A stretch of 63,985 nucleotides of DNA, the filler included, from Octopus bimaculoides (Eukaryota), in assembly GCF_001194135.2 (NCBI RefSeq). It is 9 parts of 8 records of this genome, joined end to end, with 100 filler letters (N's around TTAATTAATTAA, not from the genome) between each part and the next. Parts side by side here need not be neighbours in the genome. Positions count along the whole stretch, not along the records: positions 22,712 to 40,745 come from NC_068987.1; positions 40,846 to 49,700 come from NC_069003.1; positions 49,801 to 55,050 come from NC_068992.1; 6 more parts are not named here. One strand, given 5' to 3'. Both the position numbers and the translations under genes were made by a program. This document shows, piece by piece, positions 37,490-50,045 of this stretch. The notes beneath the pieces are model-generated. The model was not told the origin of the DNA. It did no database searches and worked only from the letters and a program-made list of their open reading frames with translations. Positions within the stretch are counted from its first letter, which is position 1; each line of letters starts with the position of its first letter.

Positions 37490-39975
37490 TCACAAACACA
37501 CACGTATATATTTTTTATTAATATTTAGCGGAAGTAACAGAGCGGCTGAAGGTCCGAGAGTTTCATGCGTTGGCACTTGATAAGTACAAAACCATCCTCC
37601 CAGGTTTCTTTACCGTTTTTGTGAATTTTAAAATGCACTTTATCTTCGAAAGGTTTTGTTGCTTTTCTGTATTTCCTTCAAATATATTTTTTCCTTGCAA
37701 GATCGATTTTATTTTTCGCGCGAACAATTAACTCTGCCGGAGACTTTCCTGAACTGGTATTCGGATTGGGGGTTACTCTATATACCGTCAAGAATTTCGT
37801 TAGCGCTTCGTCATTACCTACGTCATTCCCTGCTCTTTTTTTAATGCTCACTTGAAAGTATCAACGAATCTTTCTTCCTGTCCGTTTGACCTCGGGTAGT
37901 AGGGCGGGGTAAAAATATGCTTTATCGCGTGTATTTTGCCAAAAATTTTGAATTCACTCCCCGTAAATTTGTGTTCCATTATCTGATACCAACGTGTCTG
38001 GAACAGCGTATCGGGAAAATAATTCATATAGGAACTTTATCGTTGTCTTTGCGGTTGGTTTATTGGACCTGCGTACCTCTGGCCACTTTGTACCACTATC
38101 AACAACGATTAGATAGTATACGCCATTCACCGGTCTACCGTTGTCGATATGTACCCTGGACCACGGCTGTCTATCTCAGACCACGATTGGTATTTCACCG
38201 GTGGTACTTTGGCTGCTAGCGCACAATCTCTACATGATTTTACACAATATTCAATGTCCTGGTCCATTGTCAGCCAATATACATATCTCTTCATTAGGGC
38301 TTTCATTCTCGACATTCTTGGGTGTCCACTGTGGAATTTCCTGCAATCTTCGTTTCTGTAATGCAGTTGGTACTACTGCTCTTTGCCCGTACATTAAAAC
38401 ATTGTCGCATAGCGAAAAATTATTCGAATTTGTATTTTTATTTTGCTTATTTTCTAACATTTCTTTCATTCTTGTAATGTGATTATCGTCTGCGGATACC
38501 ATTCTTATATCGTGCGCTGTCACTGGCAGTTCGTGAATAACATTACACATAACGTTTGTGATTAATTTTTTCTTCAATTCAGCTGCTGAGTACTTTTCAC
38601 TGGTGGGGCAGCCATTTAATTTTTCAAAGTACCGACTTAATAGGAGATTCCATAAATCACATAACTCCAACCAGTCGGTACCAAACAGATTGGTTGCGTT
38701 GTTTACGACGAAAACTTTCGCCTTGCAAGTTTTTCCTCGGAATGTGACATCATTCCACATTTCGCCGACAAAGTGTAGTTTGTCACCCGTCATGCCACGT
38801 GCAGTTTTCGCTGTTTTTCTTAACATAGGTTTCCCTATTTTCGTCCACATTTCGGTGTTAATGACTGAAATGTCACAATCAGTATCCAGTTGTAATTTTA
38901 TGTTTACTCCGTTTACTTTTACGTGTACAAATTTCCTTATTTGGGAATCGATTTTACTTTCTGCTGAGAGCACTTGAGAATTTTTTACATTTGTCCTACC
39001 GATGCATCGCGCGTACGCGGCGCCCCGTGTCGCGAGCGGTCGGGGGTTACAGTTTGACAACTGTAACATTTTTAGTTTTTAAAAGGATCATCTTTACTGA
39101 AATGTAGGCCGCCACATCCGTAACATGGATTAGCCTAGCAAGCTTCTTTGGTTATACTTTTTCGGTCGACATATTTGTACTTTAGTGAAATCCTTTTCTT
39201 GAATTTTTCTATCATCGTGTTTCAGGTTTACCATCCTTTCACACTCTTCTGCAACAGTCTCTAGGGTTAAATCTTGGTTCGCTTGTTCAAGTTTTGAAAG
39301 AACTCTTGCCCGTATTTCTGTATTTTCATTTGCTGTAAGGCCTTGTACAAAAACGACGCATTTAAACATCTCAGGAGTATGTTCTTTAAGTTTAAAACTT
39401 TCACAAATTCTGTTGACTGTTCCAGCATAAGTAATAAAGTTATCATCCTCTTTTTTAGTTAGATTCCAACACTCCATTTGAGTGTTAAATGGAGAAGTTT
39501 TATCATCGAACATATTAGACAGTAATTTGATTGTTTCCTGAAAACAAATTTCACTAGACTTTTTGGGCAACACAAAATTACAGCATCGTTCATGCTCAGA
39601 CGGCGCTAATTTGCGTAATAATAACCTTACGTTTTCTTCGTACGACCATGTTTTGCAATCTTCCTTAAAAATCCCCTCGTGCCTTCTGTAGTATGCTGCC
39701 AAAGGTATACTCTCCTCTGGGTTATAACTGAATTCTGTTATGGAGTTCGATACGCCGTCTGGCGAAAACGAACTTACTGCATTTTCGTACTTCTTTGTGT
39801 ATAGCTCCAATAATTGTTGTTGTTGTAGTTGTTGCTGTACTAGTTGCTTCTGCAACTCCTGTTGCTGTTCTTGTTGTTACTTTAGCAGTTGTATTATAGG
39901 AGCTAATGGGTCTTCCATCATTTAACAAGTTGTATCACGAACAAATTGTTAAATAACCTATGTGAGCTTCGAAAC

Positions 39976-39986
39976 CCTCATCGCCA
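39976..39986 (-). promoter_or_regulatory. Primer-binding site TGGCGATGAGG, tRNA-Ser(GCU)-like
   Basis: Starts 2 nt after the LTR end. One mismatch to TGGCGACGAGG, the complement of the usual metazoan tRNA-Ser(GCU) 3' end. Confidence 0.7.
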
Positions 39987-39988
39987 GA

Positions 39989-40274
39989 TGTTGTATCCTC
40001 CATCTCTAAATATCGTGGTATCGCCATGATATTGTGACGGATGGTTTAAATACACTGTACCAGTGTTGTAACAGTAAACAAGATAACGATGCAGTTGTAA
40101 TAACAATGTAACGATCCAACAATCTCTTCACGAACCAACAGCCAATATTCCAAACGAACCGACACCTTCCGACACCTTCCGACTCAACCTAAACTTTGCT
40201 CCGACCGCTACTATTTATAATCGCTCGGTCTAGTCTATTTCTGGTAAGGGGGCGTCGTGACTCTCATCACAACA
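39989..40274 (-). repeat. 286-bp LTR with TGTTGT...ACAACA termini
   Basis: Inverted terminal hexamers, adjacent to the PBS and the start of gag. Confidence 0.8.
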
Positions 40275-41429
40275 ATTATAAATGTTATTGCTTGTGTTAC
40301 CTCATTTAGGCCGGATTTGTGTATCTAGACCTGAGATTATTTTTTATTTATATATGAAGTACCACTTAGGTGAAAATATTGACCATGTAAAGTCAACCGT
40401 TCGTAGCTCTTCACCATGGATGACACGCTGTTTGTTCTCTTTGTTTCTGCTTTAGGCTCAGGCTAAAAGTGCATGAAATATAAATCAGTTTGCTCCAAAT
40501 ACATATCAGAGTCAATCAGGGCAGAACTTTTCGTCAGATGGAAAGCTTTCGGGCAACATAAATGACCGATTTCTTACATTTCTCCCTGACCTTCAATAAT
40601 AGCCTCCCGTCGACCCCTCTTTTAGCCTTTTAGTCATTGGTTGTCAGACTTAATGGCGGGAAAATACGTTGTGTCGTTTTTTTCTCAAATTTCTCGTATT
40701 ACAGCTTGCAGAGCCGCTGCCACCACTACCACCACCACCACCACCNNNNNNNNNNNNNNNNNNNNNNNNNNNNNNNNNNNNNNNNNNNNTTAATTAATTA
40801 ANNNNNNNNNNNNNNNNNNNNNNNNNNNNNNNNNNNNNNNNNNNNCCACCATCATCCACCGAATTCATGTCTCTCCACCACCACCCTCGTCTCACACCAC
40901 TACACACCACATAGCTTCATACTGTCCTATTAATAATGGGACTGGTGGAGTCGGGTGGCGGCGTCGGGTCGCGGAAGAGATGACAGTGGGATGCAGTGTT
41001 AAGTGAATTGAAAAATGTCACTGTTTCCTCTGTCACCGAATAATCAACCGCGTGGCCCGTTCGACGCGTTAGAAATAAAATGTAAGTCTCTCTGAAATTA
41101 CTCCCTACCGCATTGGAAACGGAAGGACACATTGGATAAAGTGCTTTTGGATATTGCCTTTGAATACGATACGAGATGGTCAGATAGAAGCACGTTGAGT
41201 TCCGTAGCATAGTCTAAAATACAGAAATGAATTTACACCCACCTAAAAAGCACCCAGCAAATGTTTCGTTTGCAAATGTTATGTTATTTTCGACAGTTGG
41301 CTACGTTACCTTCACCCCATCCACGCCACATCCTCACCGCATCTTCATCACATTCTCACCCCCATTAGTTGAGTGTAAGATTGCATTGAGTGAACATCTC
41401 TGGCCTTTTCTGAAAAATGACGTACGCAA

Positions 41430-41870
41430 TAACGGAAAAGAGTGGCGGTTGTGGAAGCGTGAGAAAGGGATTTGTTAAGATGTGAGATGTGAGAACGGGG
41501 TTTTTAAGAAAACGCGTGAAATGTTTGAAGTCAAGTTTCTAGGTAAAGGCTTATTGGTAAAGAGAACAATACAAACGTTGGTTAAGAAGTGGAGCGCTTA
41601 GGGGATCAGTGCAAAACTCCCCCAAAACAAAGTGACACAACAGTTCGAACGCTGGACATTACTCAGGACGTTCGCCAAACGATTGTTCGAAATCCAAAGA
41701 AGCCAGGACATGAATTGGCGCAGCAGTCTCACATAAGCAGGAGATCATTGCAACGAATGTTGGAAAGTGTAAAATTGAAGCCATATCGTTTCACATGTAA
41801 ACAGCAATTAAAAGTGGGCGACACGAGCAAACGAGTAAACTATTACACATATCTTCTGAATAGCAGCTAC
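41430..41870 (+). mobile_element. Tc1/mariner-superfamily transposase N-terminal (HTH) relic
   Basis: DVRQTIVRNPKKP.HELAQQSHISRRSLQRMLESVKLKPYRF..KQQL..GD..KRV.Y. Confidence 0.55.
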
Positions 41871-41894
41871 ACGCAGTCATATTGACACATGTTG

Positions 41895-42275
41895 TTGGCA
41901 CTCCGTCGCTTACGACGTCGAGGGTTCCAGTTGATCCAATCAACGGAACAGCCTGCTCGTGAAATTAACGTGCAAGTGGCTGAGCACTCCACAGACACTT
42001 GTACCCTTAACGTAGTTCTCGGGGAGATTCAGCGTGACACAGTGTGACAAGGCTGGCCCTTTGAATTACAGGTGTAACAGAAACAGGATGAAAGAGTGAG
42101 AGAAAGTTGTGGTGAAAGAGAACAGCAGGGTTCGCCACCATCCCCTGCCGGAGCCTCGTGGAGCTTTAGATGTTTTCGCTCAATAAACACTCACAACACC
42201 CGGTCTGGGAATTGAAACAGCGATCCTATGACCGTGAGTCTGCTGCCCTAACCACTAGGCCATTGCGCCTCCACC
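41895..42275 (-). mobile_element. Full-length SINE family C (tRNA head tggaggcgcaatggcctagtggttagggcagc)
   Basis: About 380 bp, nearly colinear with 59301-59678, with A and B boxes on the minus strand. Confidence 0.85.
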
Positions 42276-44583
42276 ATATTAACACAAAGACACTTGAAAA
42301 GGAAAGGCTGGTGGATTGTTTTGTTTTTTTTGCGTGTATAAGTTTATTTCTGTATTTATAAGATGCTACAGAACCTGGGCTACTTTTTCGTGCGCCACTC
42401 CTTATTAACCTGTTTTTCAGCTTGGTGAAGACTAACCCGAGGCTAAACAACAACACTATAAGCATATGCAGTAACAGTAACATCAATAATAACTATAATA
42501 TTAATCCTCAGCAGCAACATTGTTAGCGTAACAACATCATTGGCAACATTAGTAACAACAACAACAACAACAATAACAATAGCAACAACACCCACAGCAA
42601 TAACAACTGCACCAGCAGCGGCAAAAGCTAATTAAAGATCCAACGAGAGACCGTCGACAGGATCGCAAAAAACCGCAAAAATTAGTAACCAAATTTATTT
42701 CGAATCACACTTTATGTCGGACGTTTTGTGCAATACGATCAGAGGTTGGGGTTTGTCACGTGCAGCAACTTAAAGAAATTTGAGAGTTTGAAGAAAGAGA
42801 GTAGTAATTAACCAAATATGTTAATTAATTACTACTTCTTTCAGGATTACTAAAGTGTCGTGTAACATAACGCACCAAACTTTTTGGGATTTTTGTCTTT
42901 CATCAGTGCGTGAGAATCAGAAAAATAAAAAAATAAGTGATATCATGTCTTTCTCTGTATCTCATTATATACCAGAGAGCATCTATTTTTTCTTTTTTTT
43001 TTTTTTTTTNNNNNNNNNNNNNNNNNNNNNNNNNNNNNNNNNNNNNNNNNNNNNNNNNNNNNNNNNNNNNNNNNNNNNNNNNNNNNNNNNNNNNNNNNNN
43101 NNNNNNNNNNNNNNNNNNNNNNNNNNNNNNNNNNNNNNNNNNNNNNNNNNNNNNNNNNNNNNNNNNNNNNNNNNNNNNNNNNNNNNNNNNNNNNNNNNNN
43201 NNNNNNNNNNNNNNNNNNNNNNNNNNNNNNNNNNNNNNNNNNNNNNNNNNNNNNNNNNNNNNNNNNNNNNNNNNNNNNNNNNNNNNNNNNNNNNNNNNNN
43301 NNNNNNNNNNNNNNNNNNNNNNNNNNNNNNNNNNNNNNNNNNNNNNNNNNNNNNNNNNNNNNNNNNNNNNNNNNNNNNNNNNNNNNNNNNNNNNNNNNNN
43401 NNNNNNNNNNNNNNNNNNNNNNNNNNNNNNNNNNNNNNNNNNNNNNNNNNNNNNNNNNNNNNNNNNNNNNNNNNNNNNNNNNNNNNNNNNNNNNNNNNNN
43501 NNNNNNNNNNNNNNNNNNNNNNNNNNNNNNNNNNNNNNNNNNNNNNNNNNNNNNNNNNNNNNNNNNNNNNNNNNNNNNNNNNNNNNNNNNNNNNNNNNNN
43601 NNNNNNNNNNNNNNNNNNNNNNNNNNNNNNNNNNNNNNNNNNNNNNNNNNNNNNNNNNNNNNNNNNNNNNNNNNNNNNNNNNNNNNNNNNNNNNNNNNNN
43701 NNNNNNNNNNNNNNNNNNNNNNNNNNNNNNNNNNNNNNNNNNNNNNNNNNNNNNNNNNNNNNNNNNNNNNNNNNNNNNNNNNNNNNNNNNNNNNNNNNNN
43801 NNNNNNNNNNNNNNNNNNNNNNNNNNNNNNNNNNNNNNNNNNNNNNNNNNNNNNNNNNNNNNNNNNNNNNNNNNNNNNNNNNNNNNNNNNNNNNNNNNNN
43901 NNNNNNNNNNNNNNNNNNNNNNNNNNNNNNNNNNNNNNNNNNNNNNNNNNNNNNNNNNNNNNNNNNNNNNNNNNNNNNNNNNNNNNNNNTATATATGAAT
44001 TAATTAGAGAGATACAAATGACAATCCAATAATTTATTTATATTATAACATAATATACTATGAATATAATATAATATAACATAAATAATAATTGCTTATG
44101 CTATATTATATTCATAGAGGCGCAATGGACCAGTGGTTAGGCCGTAGAAAAAAATCGAGTTGGTGTTTATGAATGTATTCCATAACAGAGGGATTTTCTG
44201 AGTTTATTTCAGGACAGACTTCTTTGTATGTAAGCATGTATGTATGTATGTATGTTATCAACCAGTTTCATTTCTGTATTTCTTGCCAATAGAGAAAGAG
44301 CCGGACTCTAACATAGATTCAAGGCTCCTTCATTGGAACTTTTATCAACATCATCTAGGTATTTGTGCATATGTGTGTGTGTGTGTGTGTGTGTGCAGTA
44401 TTTGGTGTTAGTGTATGCGCAGATGTGTATGTTTTGTTTTATGGATGCGTTTTTATGTATATATTTTCATGTCTAGGCGTATGCATATGTATTTATGCAT
44501 GCATGCAGGTATATACATTTACAGACACACTTTTGATGTAAATTCATAGATTTAATTGGCGAAAAAATATATATATAATTATG

Positions 44584-45646
44584 TCAATATGTTTTGGAAC
44601 CAAAATACCTGACACTTCTTGGAAGCCTCCTCCTCGGATGATCACTCGCGTCATCAGTTGGTGGCGGCTGGGATTCCTCTGCATCATAGAATTTCGTCAT
44701 TTCTCTATCGTAAGGTGGTGGTGGGATGACGGCCCATTCGTAGTTCTGTGTGCAGTGCTGGCCCAATACCATTCCTTTCACGCCACAGTGTGGATCATAG
44801 CTGCGCCAATCGTCAGAGTGGTCGCGTTGATAGCTAGGGTATCTGTTTCGTCGGTTGCTCCGACGATAGCAAATGCTACCTCCATCATGATAACCGCCAT
44901 GATGGCAGCCTCCATTGTGGTGACCGCCATGATGGCCTCCATTGTCGCCCTCCCCATGACGGTGACCTCCATGGTGACCTCCTCTATGGTGACCTTCTCC
45001 ATGGTGACCTCCTCCATGATGATCTCCTCCATGGTGACCTCCTCCATAGGGACCACCTCTATGGTGACCTCCTCCATGGTTGCCCTCCCCATGAAGGCTT
45101 CCCCTATTATGCCCTTCTCCACGGTGACCTCCATAAGGTCGCTCCTCACGATGGTGACCGCCATGATGTCTCCCTCCATGGTGACCTCGTCCATGATGCA
45201 TTCCTCCATGGTGGCCACCTCCATGATGGCGGCCTCCATGATGGCCACCTCGATTGTGCCCGTCTCCATCGTAAGGCCCTTCCTCATAACCATCATAGTT
45301 AACTCGCTCATAATCTCCACGCTCACCTCCGTACTGACGTTCATCGTAATCTCGTCTAGAATTATACTCATGCCGACGTCCACCTTCGTATCTAAGGCTA
45401 TCTCGTCCAAAATCGCGTCGGATGCTGAAAGGCCGCCGAAGAGAGCTTTGCTGGCGTCGCTGATCGGAATTTCCATTCTGTTGGCCAGAATCTTGTCCAC
45501 CGTTTTGAGCTCTATTTCGCTGGTTCAAATGCTGACCTCTGACGCGGTCGGGAAGCCGTCCAGAACGTCGCCAATTTCGTTGAACGCTTGGATTATCGTA
45601 TACTTCTGCAGAGTTCTGATCAGGATTGTTTTCCGATTTCTTAAAA
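44584..45646 (-). CDS. Terminal coding exon of an uncharacterised Gly/His-repeat, Arg/Tyr/Asp-rich protein (353 codons plus stop)
   Basis: Frame is open from a strong acceptor (ttttctctttctctctatttttgattggttaaaatag|) to TGA. GC-rich against its flanks. Repeat variation is mostly third-position (GGA/GGT/GGC, CAT/CAC) in this frame. ATTAAA lies about 30 nt after the stop. Confidence 0.8.
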
Positions 45647-45824
45647 CTATTTTAACCAATCAAAAATAGAGAGAAAGAGAAAATTACGAGTCATGACAAT
45701 CAACGACACGAATAGACATAAATCTTCAGCAAATGCTGATGACTCTGATGAAGGAGCGTCTGGGTGGTCATTCAATATGCTAGAAATAACAGCTAAATCT
45801 CCATCCAACCATACACACACATAC

Positions 45825-45965
45825 AGGCTGCCCCCACAAATTTAGTCGACAAAATTCACTCACAAGGCCCGGGGCTATAGTAGAAGACATTTGCCCAAGG
45901 TGCCACGCAGTGGGACTGAACTCGAAACTACATAGTTGCGAAACGAGCTTCTTAACGACACAGGC
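45825..45965 (-). mobile_element. SINE family B head
   Basis: gaagacatttgcccaaggtgccacgcagtgggactgaac. Confidence 0.75.
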
Positions 45966-46227
45966 GTGTCCGTATGTTTGCATTTGCAGCCGGCAGGGGG
46001 CTTCCTTAGTAACAGTTGGTGAGAGAGGAAAAGGCAGAATCTATAACCGTTTATTGATTTTTTTCCTTTTTTTTTGTGGGGGTGCATTATGAGAGGAAGT
46101 TAAGTTTATGCTGATGCTTGTCCTGAATGTTAGAAACGAATTGAAGCTTGCAAAGGGTTCCAAATTCTTGCAACGGAATGTTTGCAAAGGGTTGTATTCC
46201 GATAAAGTAGTCAAATTTCTTGCAACC

Positions 46228-46556
46228 GGAAGGCGGCGAGCTGACAGAAACTATTGCTTAGCGGTATTTCGTCTGTCTTTACGTTCTGAGTTCAAATTTC
46301 GCCGAGGTCAACTTTGCCTTTCATCCTTTCGGGGTCGATAAATTAAGTACCAGTTACGTACTGAGGTCGATCTAATTGACTGGCCGCCCCTCCCCCAAAA
46401 TTTCGGGTTTGTGCCTAGAGTAGAAAATATTATTAGTTATCCTTCCAATATGTATTTCAGTGGTGGAGGTCATACAATATTTTTATTGTTTTAAGGCCGC
46501 GTGCTGGCAGAACCGTTAGCACGCCGGGCAAAATGCTTAGCGGTATTTCGTCTGTC
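46228..46556 (+). mobile_element. Two tandem SINE family A copies (second runs into a gap)
   Basis: Family head and core at 46228-46432 and again at 46495-46556. Confidence 0.85.
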
Positions 46557-46953
46557 NNNNNNNNNNNNNNNNNNNNNNNNNNNNNNNNNNNNNNNNNNNN
46601 NNNNNNNNNNNNNNNNNNNNNNNNNNNNNNNNNNNNNNNNNNNNNNNNNNNNNNNNNNNNNNNNNNNNNNNNNNNNNNNNNNNNNNNNNNNNNNNNNNNN
46701 NNNNNNNNNNNNNNNNNNNNNNNNNNNNNNNNNNNNNNNNNNNNNNNNNNNNNNNNNNNNNNNNNNNNNNNNNNNNNNNNNNNNNNNNNNNNNNNNNNNN
46801 NNNNNNNNNNNNNNNNNNNNNNNNNNNNNNNNNNNNNNNNNNNNNNNNNNNNNNNNNNNNNNNNNNNNNNNNNNNNNNNNNNNNNNNNNNNNNNNNNNNN
46901 NNNNNNNNNNNNNNNNNNNNNNNNNNNNNNNNNNNNNNNNNNNNNNNNNNNNN

Positions 46954-46987
<34 letters not shown>

Positions 46988-47344
46988 GTCTGTATGTATA
47001 TATATGCAAATGAGCGCACTTACACACACACACACCACACGCATACACACACACATACATGCACATACACATGCATACACACGCATACCGACAAACAGAA
47101 ACACACTGACAATATTGAATTAACCAAATATTAAGAGTTCATTTTTCATAAAAACAACGGAATCAAACAGCTATGTATACCTTTTTCTATTTAAAGTCAC
47201 TAACAGTATGATCCTACTTGGATTTGGTTGCTATTTCTAGCATATAGAATGACCAAGTAGAGGCTCCCTCTTTGGCTCGTTGCTGCAGCATGTTGCAGAG
47301 ATAATAATAATAATAATGATAATGATAATAATGATAATCCTTTT

Positions 47345-47532
47345 TACTATAGGCGTAAGATCTGAAATTTTGGAGGAAGGAGGTAAGTCGATTACATCGA
47401 CCTCAGTGTATCACTGGTGCTTAATTTATCCAACCCGAAAGGATGAAATGCAAAGTGAACAACGGCGGAATTTGAACTCAGAACGTAATGACAGACGAAA
47501 TACTGCTAAGCATTTCGCCCGGCGTGCTAACG
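47345..47532 (-). mobile_element. SINE family A
   Basis: Reverse-complement core and head. Confidence 0.85.
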
Positions 47533-47559
47533 TTTCTGCCAGCTCGCCGCCAACAAACT

Positions 47560-47741
47560 ATCAATTATTACAATTATTATTATCATTGTTGTTGTTGTTG
47601 TTGGTGGTGGAGGTGTTGGTGGTGGTGGTGGCGGTGATTTGGTTACTGCTGTTGCTGTTGTTTTGGAGGTTGTTATTCTTGTTAGCACCTTCATCATCAT
47701 CATCATCATCATCATTACCATCATCATTATTGTTATTATTA

Positions 47742-47775
<34 letters not shown>

Positions 47776-47942
47776 AAAATTTGATAAATAGTGCTTATAT
47801 CAAAAATTAGGAACATTTTAGAAAACATGCAGAAAACTAATCAAGGTTAATAGAAACGCTCAAAAATTTAACGGTTATTGGTGTTGTTATAACTGCCGTT
47901 ATTATTATTATTATTGATGTTATTATCATAACTATTATTATT

Positions 47943-47973
<31 letters not shown>

Positions 47974-48010
47974 TTATTATTGTTGTTGTTGTTGTTATTA
48001 TGATTATTAC
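47560..48010. repeat. (ATT)n/(CAT)n/(GTT)n trinucleotide mosaic; a pure (ATT)n tract also lies at 49585-49700
   Basis: Direct inspection. Confidence 0.9.
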
Positions 48011-48190
48011 ATAATGCGTTGGACTGACAAAATCGGTAAAACATCAGAAAAAAAATGTTTCGAACAATTGGTTCCGATCCAAACGTTCTGAGCTCAAGTA
48101 TCACCGAGGTCAATATTGTAGTTTTATTTCTCCGAGGTCAATAAAATAAACTAGAAACCAGCTACTGGGGGAACCAAAGTAATCACTCAC

Positions 48191-48300
48191 AGCCGATCCG
48201 AGCGCTTCCAGACGGCTGCGAAACGTGATATCGACCCCGCGCACGGGGTGCTACCGGCAGCTGAAGCAAGGCTGGCACCAGTTTTTCTTCTGTCTAGCAG
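48191..48300 (-). CDS. Candidate internal exon of the Gly/His gene (LLDRRKTGASLASAAGSTPCAGSISRFAAVWKRSDR-L)
   Basis: ttttgccccag| acceptor and CT|gtgagt donor; 110 nt. The phase-2 end fits the phase of the 45646 acceptor. GC-rich. Confidence 0.45.
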
Positions 48301-48816
48301 CTGGGGCAAAATGTTGAATGTTGGGACGAAGCGAAAACGATTGAAGCCAAAACGCTTTTCTCTTTCGATCAAGTATTGTCATAACAGTATCGTCCAGGCT
48401 ATCGGATGTTATTACACCTCGCTGGTCACAATGCGCTTCACGTTATTTCAGCCTTCGAATGATGCGATCCCTCTGGTTAGGCGGACAGGCCAAACATTCC
48501 TCCCTGATCCGTCAAAGGCCAACTCATTTGTAACTGAATGAGCTGAAACAACGTGAAGTGATGTGCTTTGTTGAAGAACACAACGCGCCGCACGGTGGTC
48601 CGGGAATCGAACCCAATGATCTTGCGATCGCAAGTTTCAATGTCTTAACCACAAGGCCACGCGCTTTTACGTGTACTCAATACAAAAATAAATTCTTCTA
48701 AGTAAATACAAATTATGATCAGAAACTGGTTTAGTATTTCATGTAGGAAAGCAGCCAATCATTAGATCAATAATCCTAGCATTCTACATATATATATATA
48801 ATATATATCTATACAC

Positions 48817-48850
<34 letters not shown>

Positions 48851-49393
48851 NNNNNNNNNNNNNNNNNNNNNNNNNNNNNNNNNNNNNNNNNNNNNNNNNN
48901 NNNNNNNNNNNNNNNNNNNNNNNNNNNNNNNNNNNNNNNNNNNNNNNNNNNNNNNNNNNNNNNNNNNNNNNNNNNNNNNNNNNNNNNNNNNNNNNNNNNN
49001 NNNNNNNNNNNNNNNNNNNNNNNNNNNNNNNNNNNNNNNNNNNNNNNNNNNNNNNNNNNNNNNNNNNNNNNNNNNNNNNNNNNNNNNNNNNNNNNNNNNN
49101 NNNNNNNNNNNNNNNNNNNNNNNNNNNNNNNNNNNNNNNNNNNNNNNNNNNNNNNNNNNNNNNNNNNNNNNNNNNNNNNNNNNNNNNNNNNNNNNNNNNN
49201 NNNNNNNNNNNNTTTTTTTTTTTTTTTTTTTTTTTTTTGCAAGATAGAATGTTCCAAAGATATTTGCGCAAGTCAAGGTTAGAAGACACTGGTACAGCAC
49301 AGAGGCCTTCTTCGATACAAATACATCCCAAAAATATTGGCCAATCAGAACTAGAAGAATTATGTGACACCTGTTCTTTACTAAGCCACGTAC

Positions 49394-49450
49394 CAAAGAC
49401 CTTATTCTTGCTTTTTTTGAGTGAGAGCCTAGCCTGCATTCAAAGTGACA
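49394..49450 (-). CDS. Candidate upstream exon of the Gly/His gene (CHFECRLGSHSKKARIRSL)
   Basis: ccccag| and TTG|gtacgt; 57 nt, phase 0-0. The frame is also open upstream to an ATG at 49522. Confidence 0.3.
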
Positions 49451-49582
49451 CTGGGGTACAAATATACGAAGGCTGATATATCCGCCATAACTACCCGTCT
49501 GATAAAGGTACACGATGCGCATGCGTCACAACGATACCGTGATGTCATAACAAGACAAACTGTACATAACCTTGCATAATTA

Positions 49583-49700
<118 letters not shown>

Positions 49701-49903
49701 NNNNNNNNNNNNNNNNNNNNNNNNNNNNNNNNNNNNNNNNNNNNTTAATTAATTAANNNNNNNNNNNNNNNNNNNNNNNNNNNNNNNNNNNNNNNNNNNN
49801 ATATATATATATATATAAACATATATATATATATATATATAAACATATACGACATTAAAGTGGCTATGGGCACTAGACGGCATCACTATTGCCAGAAATA
49901 AGA

Positions 49904-50045
49904 GTCAAAACAATCCATAGTCATGAAAAAGCACTTATGTTAATGACTGATGATGGAATTAAACCCCTTCAGAATCCACCCATGGCTTGCCTCCATTGTC
50001 AGTCATTAAAATAAATGCTTTCTCGTTCCTATGAGGGGTTTTGAC
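49904..50045. mobile_element. Palindromic MITE-like element
   Basis: aagcacttatgttaatgactga / tcagtcattaaaataaatgctt (20 of 22), plus outer gtcaaaac/gttttgac. Confidence 0.6.

Larger units (their letters stand above)
37520..40274 (-). mobile_element. Ty3/Gypsy LTR retrotransposon, degenerate: 5' LTR, PBS, gag, protease, integrase; RT/RNase H deleted, 3' LTR not found
   Basis: gag ORF 39130-39855; protease VKVNGVNIKLQLDTDCDISVI; integrase zinc finger RMKALMKRYVYW..MDQDIEYCVKSCRDC; core ERFVDTF...VYRVTPNPN..GKSPAEL. Confidence 0.9.

Noticed and set aside
44778-45500. 240-aa same-strand alternative-frame ORF (MEEVT repeats), possible dual coding
   Set aside because: Repeat-to-repeat changes are non-synonymous in this frame but synonymous in the Gly/His frame. 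It is open only because GGN-CAY repeats lack stops. Ribosome profiling could revisit this.
44581-45669. 362-aa plus-strand ORF (MVTSS repeats)
   Set aside because: Antisense shadow of the Gly/His exon. The repeat has no stops on that strand, and there are no independent gene signals.
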